A stretch of DNA of 64,000 nt, taken from Octopus sinensis (lineage: Eukaryota). Shown one piece after another: positions 28,128-40,699 of the stretch (its first letter is position 1; each line of letters opens with the position of its first letter). Both the position numbers and the translations under genes were made by a program. The stretch spans positions 18,476,001 to 18,540,000 of the forward strand of contig NC_042999.1 of the NCBI RefSeq assembly GCF_006345805.1, read 5' to 3'. Below the pieces are notes generated by a model. It had not been told where the DNA came from. It worked only from the letters and a program-made list of their open reading frames with translations, and did not search any database.

Positions 28128-28130
28128 GAT
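27690..28130. repeat. Compound minisatellite: 7 copies of AACAGACATRCA separated by (TA)n
   Basis: Motif at about 27720, 27777, 27839, 27899, 27957, 28007 and 28056. Confidence 0.9.
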
Positions 28131-28310
28131 TGATAGATAAACACAGAGAGATAGATATATATAGATATATGTATAAACGTATATATAATATATAAATATA
28201 TACATAGAAATATATATATACATATATACTTGCACGTGCGTGTATGTGTGTGCGTTCTTGTATGAGTATATATGTATGTATATATATTATATATATATAT
28301 GTATATACTG

Positions 28311-28347
<37 letters not shown>

Positions 28348-29100
28348 ATATATATATAGGTGTGTATGTATATATATATACATGAATATATTTATATATT
28401 CGTATATACGTTTATACATACCAATTTATTAATATATTTACACATGTATATACATATATATGCATATATACATATGTAAATATATATACATACACTGGTA
28501 TGCGTGTAAGAATAAGCAAAGACAAATATTTACACGTCTAAGGATACACAATTTGTTCTAATACATCACTAAGCCGCAATTTTCATATAGCTTTTCTCTG
28601 GTTTAGTTTAATTGTTCACCTAGTGGTCAGTGAAAAATCATTCATCTTATAAACTGTCCACTTATGAAAAACTCCTTCTTATATGATTACTATTTAGGTA
28701 GATTTATTACTTTATCATTTCAGGTTCCGCTGTCTCTTCGTGATTCTGTTACAATTATTATTATATTGTGTAGAAGCATCGAAAGTAAATAACAAGTGTA
28801 AAGAGAAATACACTCCGTCAAACGTTTTTGCTACAGTATTTTAAGATTTAATGTATGAGTAGAAGAAATATATATATTGCCCTTTAATGTATCTTCTACT
28901 ATTTCAGTAGAATACGTACATACATACACACACTCATAAATACATACATAATACGTTATTTTGTTAAATATTTTATAACGCTTTTGCAACGATTTTTCTA
29001 ATATATTCTTTAGTCTTCTACAACAAATCTGTATCTTTTCATCTTATTTCTTTCCTTATAAATCCGATCACTTGTCATTACCAACGATAAATTCTAGCTC

Positions 29101-29102
29101 AT

Positions 29103-29149
<47 letters not shown>

Positions 29150-29202
29150 CATATATATACATATATATATATAAATACATATATATACATATATATATAT
29201 AC

Positions 29203-29233
<31 letters not shown>

Positions 29234-29303
29234 CATATATATATATAATATATATATATATACATATATATATATACACATATATATACATATATATATA
29301 TAC

Positions 29304-29352
<49 letters not shown>

Positions 29353-29432
29353 CATATATATATACATATATATATGCATATATATATATACATATATATA
29401 TGCATATATATATACATATATATATACATATA
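29101..29432. repeat. (TATATATACA)n microsatellite at the 3' side of the CR1 LINE
   Basis: Direct inspection. Confidence 0.95.
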
Positions 29433-31618
29433 TAAATAACTTAGAATAACTTAGAAAGGTTTTTGGCCAGTATTGGCCCAGGCCATGTCTAACTTAATAG
29501 CACCACCTGGCGAAGTCTTTCAGTTCAGGATTTGGGCACCAAGGACCATTCGAGCAGAGAGTTATTGTTTGCGGAGACATATCCGGGTGTGGGTGGTTTG
29601 TCCGGTACTGTTTGAAGGAATTTGTCCAAAGACTTCTTGAATTTTGTGTGGTCAGTTTCTTTTTTGACGTGTCCTGGTGTAATGTTGAAGAGAGCGGGTC
29701 CAATTGAGGTGAAATAGTTGTGCCGTATTGTCGTTATGTGATGCGATTTAGATTTTTGTTGTGGACGGATGGCATGTGGTCCAAGCCTTGGATGCATTTT
29801 GAAGGTGATGCCAACATCATTCGGACAGTGCTGATGGAATATTTTCCACATCATACAGATAATGTAGCGTTCACGGCGTCGTTGGAGTGAATACAATTTC
29901 AGCTTCTCTAGTCTACCCCAGTAGTCAAGGTCTGACATGCCATCTATCTTTTTTGTGATTGACCTTTGGGGAGCTTCAATTCTCATAAAATTTTTTTTTT
30001 TGTGTAGGGAGACCACAGTGGACAGCAGTATTCAAGGTGGGGTCGGGCAAAAGTGGAGAAGAGAAGGATAATAGCGTGGGAATCTCTCGACTGGAAGGTT
30101 CTGAGAATCCAGGAACACATTCTGCGGGCCATGTCAACTTTGCTGCTTATATGTGTAGCCCAGCTTATGTTGTTGTCCACTGTTACTCCCAGGTCTCTGA
30201 TGTTGTTGGATGCCATGAGAATTTCTCCAGAAGGAAGAGAGTATGGGAGTTTCAGAGCGTCCTCCCTTCCAAAGTGGATCAGTTCGAATTTGTCTTCATT
30301 TAGCAACATGTTATTCTTTTCCGCCCATTGGACAACAGCCAGTAGGTCTGACTGAAGTTTATTCGGTCATCCACGCCATTGATGACCTTCTGGAGCTTGG
30401 AATCATCAGCGAAGGTTCTGATGTTGCTGTGTTTGATGGTGTCAGTAATATCATTTATGTAGATGATGAAGAGAAGTGGGCCCAACACAGTGCCTTGTGG
30501 AAACCACTGCTGACTTTGGCTGGGCTGGATTTGACTCCTTCGACTACAACATGTTGGGTTCTGTTAGAGAGGAAGCACTTGATCCATTGCAGCAGCTTCC
30601 AGTGACACCAATATTGGACAGCTTTCTCAGAAGGATCTTATGATCAACCTGTCAAAGGCCTTGCTGAAATCAAGGTAGATGACATCAGTGTTGGAACCCT
30701 CTCCCAAGGCTCTCAAAATGTCATCAAAATGATGCAGTAGCTGCGTCAGGCAATCTCTCCCATTACGGAATCCATGCTGGTTGGGGTTCAGCATATTATG
30801 ACTCTCAAGGAAGTGAGTCATACGCGATCTCAGCACCCTCTCAAATACCTTGATGATATGAGAGGTGAGTGAGATTGGACGGTAATTCACGGCAAGCGAT
30901 TTGTTTCCTTTTTTGAAAACTGGGACAACAGACTGGGATAGAAGGTCTTCTGGTATATATCCAGCATCCAATGAGTTCCGCCACAGATTGGCTAGAGGGG
31001 GCAAGTTGGTTTTGACACATCTTCAAGACACAAGCAGGGAACCTATCGGGACCTACTGCTGAATTATGCTTCATTTCCTTTATTGCTGCTAAGACATCAG
31101 GAGCGCCAATGTTATGTCCGATAAAGTGTATTGGGGAGTAACATCACTGATACAGCCCAGATCAGTCATATCAGGATTGCTGAAACAGAGCAATATTGTT
31201 TCTGCAATATTTCTCCCATGGTTTTGGCATTGTCTTGAAGAGTACCATTTTCATCAATCAGAGGGCCAACAGTAGAACCAGTGACTCTGTGTTTTTTTGC
31301 AAATGAAAAGAACACTTTGGGATTGAGTTTGATCTTCTCAATGGCCCAGGCCTCTTCAGCTCTTCGCTGACTATTGATGATAGACATCATGTTGTTTTGG
31401 AGTTTATGTTTTTTAATCTCTAGCGACGAGATGGCAGTCAGGTTGGTGTGTTGCTGTTGACAGTATTTCAGCATGTTGATCTTTTTGTTGATTCTTTTAA
31501 TTTTCCTTATGAGAGATTTTCTATTTCTAGGGATTCGACACTTAGATTTGTTTGCAGATCTTAATGGGGTGTGTCTTGCACATATGTTCGTGATGGTGTC
31601 TACAAGTGACTGCCAGGA

Positions 31619-31620
<2 letters not shown>
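29433..31620 (-). mobile_element. 5'-truncated CR1-clade LINE, reverse transcriptase region and 3' end (several frameshifts)
   Basis: Minus ORFs read SAVGPDRFPACVLK, VVPVFKKGNKSLAVNYRPISLTSHIIKVFERVL, QHGFRNGRDCLTQLL, DVIYLDFSKAFD, LGPLLFIIYIND, RTFADDSKL, RDLGVTVD, RPHLEYCCPLWSP and RLEKLKLYSLQRRRER. The tail is (TTCTAAGTTA)n. No endonuclease domain was seen. Confidence 0.95.
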
Positions 31621-31622
<2 letters not shown>

Positions 31623-31658
<36 letters not shown>

Positions 31659-31703
31659 TACATATATATATACATATATACATATATACATATATATATA
31701 TAC

Positions 31704-31750
<47 letters not shown>

Positions 31751-31987
31751 CATATATATATATACATATATATATATATACATATATATACATATATTAT
31801 AATATACATATATATACATATATATATATATACATATATATATATACATATATATACATATATATATATACATATATATACATATATATATTACATATAT
31901 ATACATATATATATATACATATATATATATAAATATATCTATATATATATATACATATATAATATATATATAATATATATATAATAC

Positions 31988-32036
<49 letters not shown>

Positions 32037-32068
32037 CATATATATACATATATATATATATATACATC

Positions 32069-32103
<35 letters not shown>

Positions 32104-32125
32104 TACATTATATATATACATATAT
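31623..32125. repeat. (TATATATACA)n microsatellite at the 5' side of the CR1 LINE
   Basis: Same unit as 29101-29432. Confidence 0.95.
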
Positions 32126-32574
32126 AAAGGAATAAAATTTATATATAAAGAACGTGAAATACACGAAGGGACGAACACGGAAAACAGACAAGTCATTCGA
32201 AGCCTTCAATCTTCAGTCAGAAACCGAATCATCATGTCAAATTTCGGCTGATTAATTCTGATATTTGCTCCAACTCGGCCAGCCCCAAGGAAAAAACTAA
32301 GCTGTGGGCATTAGATTTCTTGGTAGAAGGAAAGAATGTAAACGCAACAGAGACGAATATAAATACAAGAAACGAAAACAAAATTGAAAACAGTAATGGT
32401 TAAAAACAGGATAACAACGGGTGTCTTACGACTTTTAGACAAAATGAGACAAAAACATATATATATATATACCGGAGTAAACACATAAATGTGAAACAAG
32501 GTGGAAAAAAGAGTACTCGCATACCAGAGGTAGAGTAATATGCTTTATTTGAAAGCAACAGAAATTTAACAAAA

Positions 32575-32613
32575 GCTGTTACTCGGAGTTTCAGGTTCCC
32601 GTTCGTCGGACAC
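32575..32613 (-). ncRNA. Minimal type I hammerhead-like motif (U4C)
   Basis: Minus strand reads gtgt-CCGACGA-acgggaacct-GAAAC-tccga-GTA-acagc. Helix I tgt/aca, weak helix II. Confidence 0.5.
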
Positions 32614-32630
32614 TTTTGTTAAAAAAATCT

Positions 32631-32666
32631 GGCCGACGAACGGAACGTGAAACTCCGAATAACAGC
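32631..32666 (+). ncRNA. Minimal type I hammerhead-like motif (U4C, G16.2A)
   Basis: gg-CCGACGA-acg-gaa-cgt-GAAAC-tccga-ATA-acagc. Helix II acg/cgt is perfect; helix I partner is lost. Confidence 0.45.
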
Positions 32667-33131
32667 TTTTGTTAAATTTCTGCTGCTTTTAAACAAAGTA
32701 TATATATATATATATATGTTTATATCTATATTCATATATATATATATAGAGACATGTGTGTATGAATATATGTATAATCGCATCGTTTTCAACCTACTTA
32801 TTTGGGGGGTGATTTGGGGCCCTCGGCCTGATGACTTTTAGTCGCACGAATCGAAACCAGTACGTTTTTAAATCATGGTGCTTGTTCCATTCGCTCTCAT
32901 TTGCAAAAACTGTAAGTTGGTGGGAAGGAAATGCGCCAGTGTCCAGTTGGTGACCAGTGACGTGGAGCCAACAATGACAGAAAGACACAAACTCGAATTC
33001 ATACACACACACATATATATACATACACACACACATATATATATATAATTTATTATTTTAAAAAAATTTTAATAATATAAATTTTAGTTCATAGAGCTAG
33101 TAATTTCTTTGTTAATTTGGTTGTGGAGAAG

Positions 33132-33211
<80 letters not shown>

Positions 33212-33802
33212 GTGTGTGTGTGTATATATATATATATGTGTGTATGTATGCATGTATGTATGTGTAAGTATCTTGTGTTGATCATTCACTACTTTCAGCT
33301 ATCATTCCTTAACAATCTTTCATTCTCACACTAATTAACAAACCTCACCCCCCCCCCACAAGACAGACCCAAATCCTATATAACAAAGCCCCAGCTTGAC
33401 CAAAATCATTTCCACATTATTTTTCTTCAATTACCATTGCACTTACTAATTACTGTGATTCGGTCAAATCAACCCCAATTGTATACTACTTGCCAAATGA
33501 CCTTGCTCAAATGCCTCCTTCCTCTCACTCCCTTAGATTTGTGTTTCTTCTTTCTTCTAATACGTAATTCTCTCTACATTTATATACTCTCCTACTGCAC
33601 GCTCTAACCATTGTGACTGAATCTTCCATGTGTTAACATGTACTTCCTTGCGACAATGTAAGCTTTCATTTAATTAAGAAATGCTTGGCCTGAAGAGTCA
33701 CCTGCGGTATTCATCTCTATAGGATATTTACCTCTTCTGAGGTTCCACTCGATATGAAACATACGCTGTCCGGATCTTATCTACTCCGTTCGACTCTTAT
33801 GT

Positions 33803-33863
<61 letters not shown>

Positions 33864-34004
33864 CAAACATACATATATATCCACACACAAGATTTTGCTG
33901 AGCACATGGCTATAACATGTGCCATGCAGATGGACTGAGCCCGGAACGAAGGTGGAAAGGAAATATATGTATACACACACACACATAACACACACATATA
34001 TATA

Positions 34005-34115
<111 letters not shown>

Positions 34116-34230
34116 TATAGATGGATAGATGGAAAGATAGATAAATAGATAGACACATAGATAGGCATATAGATGGATATAGATATATGTATGTGTATGT
34201 GTTCATATATATGTGTGTATCTACATATAT

Positions 34231-34276
<46 letters not shown>

Positions 34277-35549
34277 CAACAAAATAATAAATAAAACATA
34301 TGCCTATATACATACATATATGTACGTACCTACATCTATATGTATATATACATGCATATATAGGTACAGGACACCAAAAAAACGTCGAGCACAATGAGAA
34401 ACGAAAACATAAAAACAGAACCATGGAAACGGACATTTTTTAAACAACGAAGAAACAGGGTACAAGACATACAACACAAGGAAAATTCCCCTTCTTCTGC
34501 CGCCTCCGTTTCGTCTACTCCGTGTTTCGAAGGTAACGGCGAGACACGACTTCGGTGGAACGGTCCTTCCCACAAAGCAATTTAAATAAAATTTGAGATT
34601 TTAGCGGAGGCGTAAAAGTGGTAACAAAAACAGGACAGTAAAAAGAATACAAGACAGTAAAAATACAAATAAAAACAGTAAACGACAGGACAAGTAGAAT
34701 AACAGTAATACGAACGTTACGGGCTGTTAAGCCGAACGAAAGAAAAATTATTTTGAACGATATATACATACACGCACGCGTACATGTGGTGAGAGACGTG
34801 GGATTTTAGCACATATGTGTGTGTATGGCAGTCTGCATTGAAAATTGAATGTAAACATGCATATATGAATTCCTTTATGCATATAACAATGTATTTCTAT
34901 ATTCATGTATGTGCGTGTATGTATTTGATACTCAATAAAATGTGAATACCTCTCTGTGTGACGAAGTGCATGTTTATTTATGCATTAGCGATGTTCACAG
35001 TACCTGAGGGGAATTATAATTAATTGAATTTGAAATTCTGTAATAAGGGGCTTTCACTTTCATACCCCTAATTACATTATACAAACGCATTTACTACATG
35101 ACGGCTGGAAGAGATGTTGTACTTTTAGCTTACGTTTCAGTTTTCATAGGATATTCGTAACTCATGTTACACAGTAGCATTTCCGGAAGATTTGGGATAT
35201 AATACCCTAATCTACCATTAACACGGTTGGTACACGTTGATTAATAGTTATTCCCTTATCAATAGTTATATGTTTGTTAATATCATTGGCTAATAGGCTA
35301 TGCATCTTAATGATTAATTCTGTTGAAAGCTTAGAATGCAAATTTCATTCATTAAAATATAAATATGCATGCCCTCTCAAATTCAATTATCTCGGTTATG
35401 AAATATTGTGGTCGTGCATTCTGCTCATGTTATGATAATTGTCTTTATGAAACACACGCAATGTCTCTGTAGGCAGAATGATATAAAGGATACTAGCTGT
35501 ATTTTTGCAATGCAAGTTACCAGCAATATATGCATGTATGCATGTATGC

Positions 35550-35625
<76 letters not shown>

Positions 35626-36713
35626 TGTGTGTGTGTGTGTGGTGTGTGTGTGTGTGTCTTTTAGAAATTGAGTAGTTAGAAAAAATGTCAGAATTTTTAT
35701 TTCTTAATTATTATTATTAGCGCTTTCGTTCCTTTCCCGAACTTGTAACATAAAATTTTGTGAATGTACAAACAGCTTGTTCTCTTATATAATACAGATG
35801 TTTTTTTTTTTTGTGGAGAGTTGTATGGAAGAGAAGATTGTTTTTTTCGGGAGCGGGGTAGCAGTTCTATGACAATGGATAGATAGAAATATAATTAGGT
35901 AGACTGACTGGTAGAGAGCTAGATATATAGAGTGAGAGAGAGAGAAGGGCTATCTTCCTTCCTATTCACCATTCATTTATTTAGTCATTTACCATTGTAT
36001 TTGAATGGTTTTAAGGATGGTGACCTTCTTCAAAAAAATGGGGTGGGGATGGTTTGGTCATCACTGAAAATCATTTTATATCCCTTCTCTCTTCCCATTT
36101 CCTTCTTTCTTTCTTTTTCTCCTATTTGAATTATATTTAGAATACAAACATTCAATTTTGGAGGGAATTTTTTGATGAAATGTAGTTCTGCATGAAAAAA
36201 CTTTACCATAATATATTTCTTTACTTTTCTATCTGCAAATTAATAATTTTAAAAATAAATTAATAAATGGTGATACACCCTTTTCTCTCCCCCCCTTCTA
36301 ACTATCTGTCTATATGGCTATATGTCTGTCTTTAGATCTATCTATCTATCATCCTTTCTACCTAATTATATATCTATCTATGCATTTTCATTGTCATGGA
36401 ACTCGCAACTCCACCCCAAAAACAAAAACAACGTTCTATTCCAACTCACCCCCACCCCCAACAAAAGGCATCTGTTTTATATAAATGAACAAGCTGTTTG
36501 TATATTTAAAAATTTATTTGATAAGTTCGAGAAACGAACGAAAGCGCTAATAATGAAGAAATAAAAGATTTTTCCAAAATTCTGATGACTTTTATATATA
36601 TATAATATATATATATATATATAATGTATATAATAATAAATATTAGGGAATAAATCCAAATTTACAGGGAAAAAATCAGATTTAGGATTAAATCCAATTT
36701 TATAGTAAAATAT

Positions 36714-36850
36714 TATATAATATTAATTCGAGACAAACCACTATTTTGCAAAACAAACAAGGAAAGACTGAATCAATACATATGTATTGATTAAGTCTTT
36801 CCTTGTTTGTTTTGCAAAATAGTGGTTTTGTCTCGAATTAATATTATATA
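36714..36850. repeat. Near-perfect palindrome (~68-bp arms, no spacer)
   Basis: Centre CAT|ATG at 36781/36782; one mismatch and one 1-bp indel. Confidence 0.92.
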
Positions 36851-39344
36851 TAATGTATATATATATATATGTGTGTGTGTGTGTATGTATGTATATGTAT
36901 ATATTATTTGCTTAAGTTGGTAAGTGGCTATCAGTTTCAAAAGGAATTATTTAGTTGATACCGTCAATCACTATTCAAATATGGCGGTGAAATAAATGCT
37001 AAAATTTAAACTCAGAATAATAAATTTCCGTAATAGTACTGCAGCTGAGATCCTTCCTATTCCCTACCCTCTACCGGCTTATAATATGGACAAAAGGATG
37101 GCAATCTTACGCTGTAAGGATCATTCAATAATTCCCAAATTAAGTTCTAGTGTGGTACTTAATTTACCAACACTGAATGGATAAATTTCACAGTTGAACT
37201 CCGCGTATAAACATGGTACAAGTTGTTAAATATTTACCTACCTATTATACATTCATATTAAAACCTTCATGTTCTCATTTCTAAGACACTTATAAGTTTG
37301 CTAAAGACATTTTCTCTCTTCCAATAAGCACTATAGCAATCTATATCTATAATATATTTCACCAAGGTAACAGATTTCGCTTAATAACATATAAGATGTT
37401 AATATATAATAATATTTTTCCAAAAAATATATGCATATGTAAATACACCTTAATCATGAGAAAATTGTTTATATGAAAGATACGATAATATTTAATTTTA
37501 TTTACATAACATTCGTTATCACAAAATTATTAACTCATAAAAAGAAAATGTGGTTGAAATAGTTCTTCAAAATGATTTCCCTCAGATTTATTAGATTTCC
37601 GAAAGTGAAACCAAATAAAATATTATGCAATATTCAAGAGTTCAGTGTCGGTTTTCACACATTGAATTTTTCAACACTTCTCGGACCAGATTTTCCAAGT
37701 TCTTCCCTGACCAAACAACTGGGCCTCGTCTGCTAACACATCGATTGGCGAAATTAACATTTAAAAAGTTTATGACATGGTTCTAAAATAAAAATTAATC
37801 ATCATTTTATGAACATTTATCACATTTACATACAAGAAACAAAAATATGAAGATGTAGTAACAAAATGCTAGTTTACTGGTGAGCAAATTTTGTGCTACC
37901 CTGTATATTTCAGAGAAACGTAATACATCTGATGCAAAGTGCAATACAAATGACAGAAACTGATTAATTATATTACAAATTTTAAAAAAGGACACGCAAT
38001 CTTTAGTTCCTCCTTCAGCAGAATGATATACATATTTCCCCTAGAAAAGAAAGATGCTAAAATCTTGTTTTATTTGCCTTTGTGATGTATTATTCTTTGA
38101 GCTATCTATGTGTGAGGTATGATGGTTTATACGTAGCAAAACGGCTATATGTCTGCTAGTGTCATTTACTACAACATCAGAATAATCGCTTTGTGGTGAA
38201 AGAGAATGAATTTATTTATTTTATCGCTAGTTTAAGTCTGGACCCTCCATTTCATATTTCAAACCATGCCGCAGATAATATTCTGCGTATTCAGATAAAA
38301 TTTACTGGGATAAAAACCATATTACTAACTATTATATACTCATGTTCTATTATAATTATTAATACTCTAATTATTACGTACCTAATTAGAAATACACGTA
38401 CATCATGAATAAGCCGATGTTTTCATGATCATAAGGAGACAAAAATTCAGTCATTTTGTGGTTGCCATTATCATTTTGTGATAGCCATTATCATTTTGTG
38501 ATAGCCATTATTTATATGAGGTTTAAATTAAAAATTAAAAGCAAATTTCGCGTAAGCATCTCGAATTAGTTTTCCAATAAATAATGGAGACGTTTTTAAT
38601 TAACTGAAATGTTGAACTTACATGTAATATGAGATTTCACTTTGCAAAATGTTTAACTCGGCACAAGGCTGAGCGTGTGGTTAAAAAGCTTACTTCCTAA
38701 CCACGTGACCTCGGGTTCAGACTTACAGCGCGGCTCTTTGAGCACATGTCTGCTATGGCTCCGTACCGACCAAACTTCTGTCGAAGGATTTTGTGTTTAT
38801 TCTTCCTCCACCGCTTGAAGACCGATATTGGTTAGTTTACGTTCGACTAAGTTAGCGGTAAAAATGAATACTCGATGCGTTACTGATGAGTTAAATAAAT
38901 GTAAAACAGTTTGATTCATCTCTAAATGACTGGATATTTCATGTGCGTATGCCACATCCAATATGCTTGGAGACAGTATGGAAAGTATGGAAAAGAAATT
39001 TAGTCGCCATCAAATATTTAGAAAGTTGACAACGTTGTCGACAGTCTGCATGAAGAATATCGTAAGCGACACCAGTTCCTATATCAACAAGCCTAGTCAA
39101 CATGCTGTCTGCAGAACAAACGCGGACATTGTATTGTAGTATCTGATGTCGCTTATTAGCGAACGATAACCACGGCGCTGGAACTCAACAGTGCAGAACT
39201 ACATACATAGAAGCAGTTTTGAAATTCTTGATAAAATCTCTCCATCCTGTCTCCGAAAATAGGAAAAGTGGAAACTTCGCCAAGAAATTTCGCCTAGAAA
39301 TTTCCACTACAGGGAAGCTGAGTCAGACTCGTATATATATAATC

Positions 39345-39568
39345 AAAATAAACAACAAGGATATCCAAGGTAGAGTAGTACAATTGTTTCCTGCTACTTC
39401 ATTTTATTAAACCAGTAAGTATTACATCAGTTTTAAAATGTCGAGCAATCTTCAGCCACATATAGATTTTTTTAATTAAACGGACAATGCACATTCTTAC
39501 ACTTAATAAAATGAAGTAGCAGGAAACAATTGTACTACACTACCTTGGATATCCTTGTTGTTTATTTT
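39345..39568. repeat. Inverted repeat, 66-bp arms with 92-bp spacer
   Basis: 39345-39410 versus 39503-39568, one mismatch seen. Confidence 0.9.
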
Positions 39569-39687
39569 TATTATACTCACCCCATTTGATTTATATGGAT
39601 AATACCATACCAAATTCTGGTGCCTTTAACTTAAGTACCATATTCATCTGAATCTAAATTTTGCTGAACTTATCATACCATACAGTG

Positions 39688-39789
<102 letters not shown>

Positions 39790-39841
39790 ATGTATTTATA
39801 TATATATATATATATATGTATGTGTATATGTGTATGTATAT

Positions 39842-40090
39842 ACTCTTACTCTTTACTCTTTTACTTGTTTCAGTCATTTGACTGCGGCCATGCCGGAGCT
39901 CCGCCTTTAGTCGAGCAAATCAACCCCGGGACTTATTCTTTTGTAAGCCTAGTACTTATTCTATCGGTCTCTTTTGCCGAACCGCTAAGTAACGGAGACA
40001 TAAACACACTAGCATCGGTTGTCAAGCAATGCTAGGGGGACAAACACACACACGCATACATATATATATATACATATATACGACGGTCTT
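39842..40090 (-). mobile_element. SINE family B, 3' half
   Basis: CTCTTTTACTTGTTTCAGTCATTTGACTGCGGCCATG..CGACGG. Confidence 0.85.
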
Positions 40091-40319
40091 TTTTCACTTT
40101 CCGGATTTCAGGAAGCATTGAACGATGTACTGTTTGAACACCTAACGACTGATACAGGTAGTTTATTCCATGCTTCAGCAATTGTAAGCGTGAAAAAATG
40201 TTCCCGAAATTCATAGATACTGTATTGTGATTTTGTATGTATGTATATATGCATGTACGTATGTATGTATGTATGTATGTATGTATGTATGTATGACTCA
40301 TGAGTCATCTTCGTAGTCA

Positions 40320-40612
40320 AAAAAGAGACAGATGAGTGACGACCTGGCCACTGGTGGTGGTGTAACACATCATACTAATCATATATGTCGGGCATATGCA
40401 AGAGAGTGTAATTCGGCAGGAGGACTTAAACGACATGCAAAGGTACATGAAGCCCAGTTACAACTACAGCCGGCTATTACCAGTTTTAGTTGCCAACTTT
40501 GTACAAGACATTGTAGATCTTTAGCTGGGCTAAAAAGTCACATTCAATCACAGCACCACTAACAGTTAAGCTTCGTGCAATGGTCATACTCGATAACGAG
40601 GGGGCAGCCATA
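40320..40612 (+). mobile_element. 3' end of an RTE-clade LINE with two C2H2-like motifs
   Basis: CRAYARECNSAGGLKRHAKVH and CQLCTRHCRSLAGLKSHIQSQH, then a stop and GCAATGGTCATACTCGATAACGAGGGG with a (TATG)n tail, matching typical RTE C-termini (C..C.S..GL.SH). Confidence 0.7.
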
Positions 40613-40699
40613 ATGTATGTATGTATCTATGGATGGATGGATGGAAGGATGGATGGATGAATGGATGGATGGATGGAGGGAGGGATCGATGGATGGATC

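Larger units (their letters stand above)
32541..32700. repeat. Fold-back repeat, ~68-bp inverted arms each carrying a hammerhead-like motif
   Basis: 32541-32609 is the reverse complement of 32633-32700 with few mismatches. Confidence 0.9.

Noticed and set aside
33686-33775. CTGAAGA ... GAAAC ... GTC hammerhead-like order
   Set aside because: Helix I and helix II cannot be formed next to the core by inspection.
34490-34575. Minus-strand GTC..GAC-GAAAC resembling hammerhead helix II
   Set aside because: The 5' core reads CCACCGA (G5 and A6 lost) and the cleavage triplet is not NUH; too degenerate to call.
38160-38408. ORF NNRFVVKENEFIYFIASL reminiscent of a TNF-family beta strand
   Set aside because: Lacks the conserved G of the GLY(F/Y)IY motif, the downstream strands do not match, and the frame runs into low-complexity AT-rich sequence.
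38463-38510. 20-bp direct repeat GCCATTATCATTTTGTGATA (2.4 copies)
   Set aside because: Simple local tandem duplication with no spacers; not CRISPR-like.
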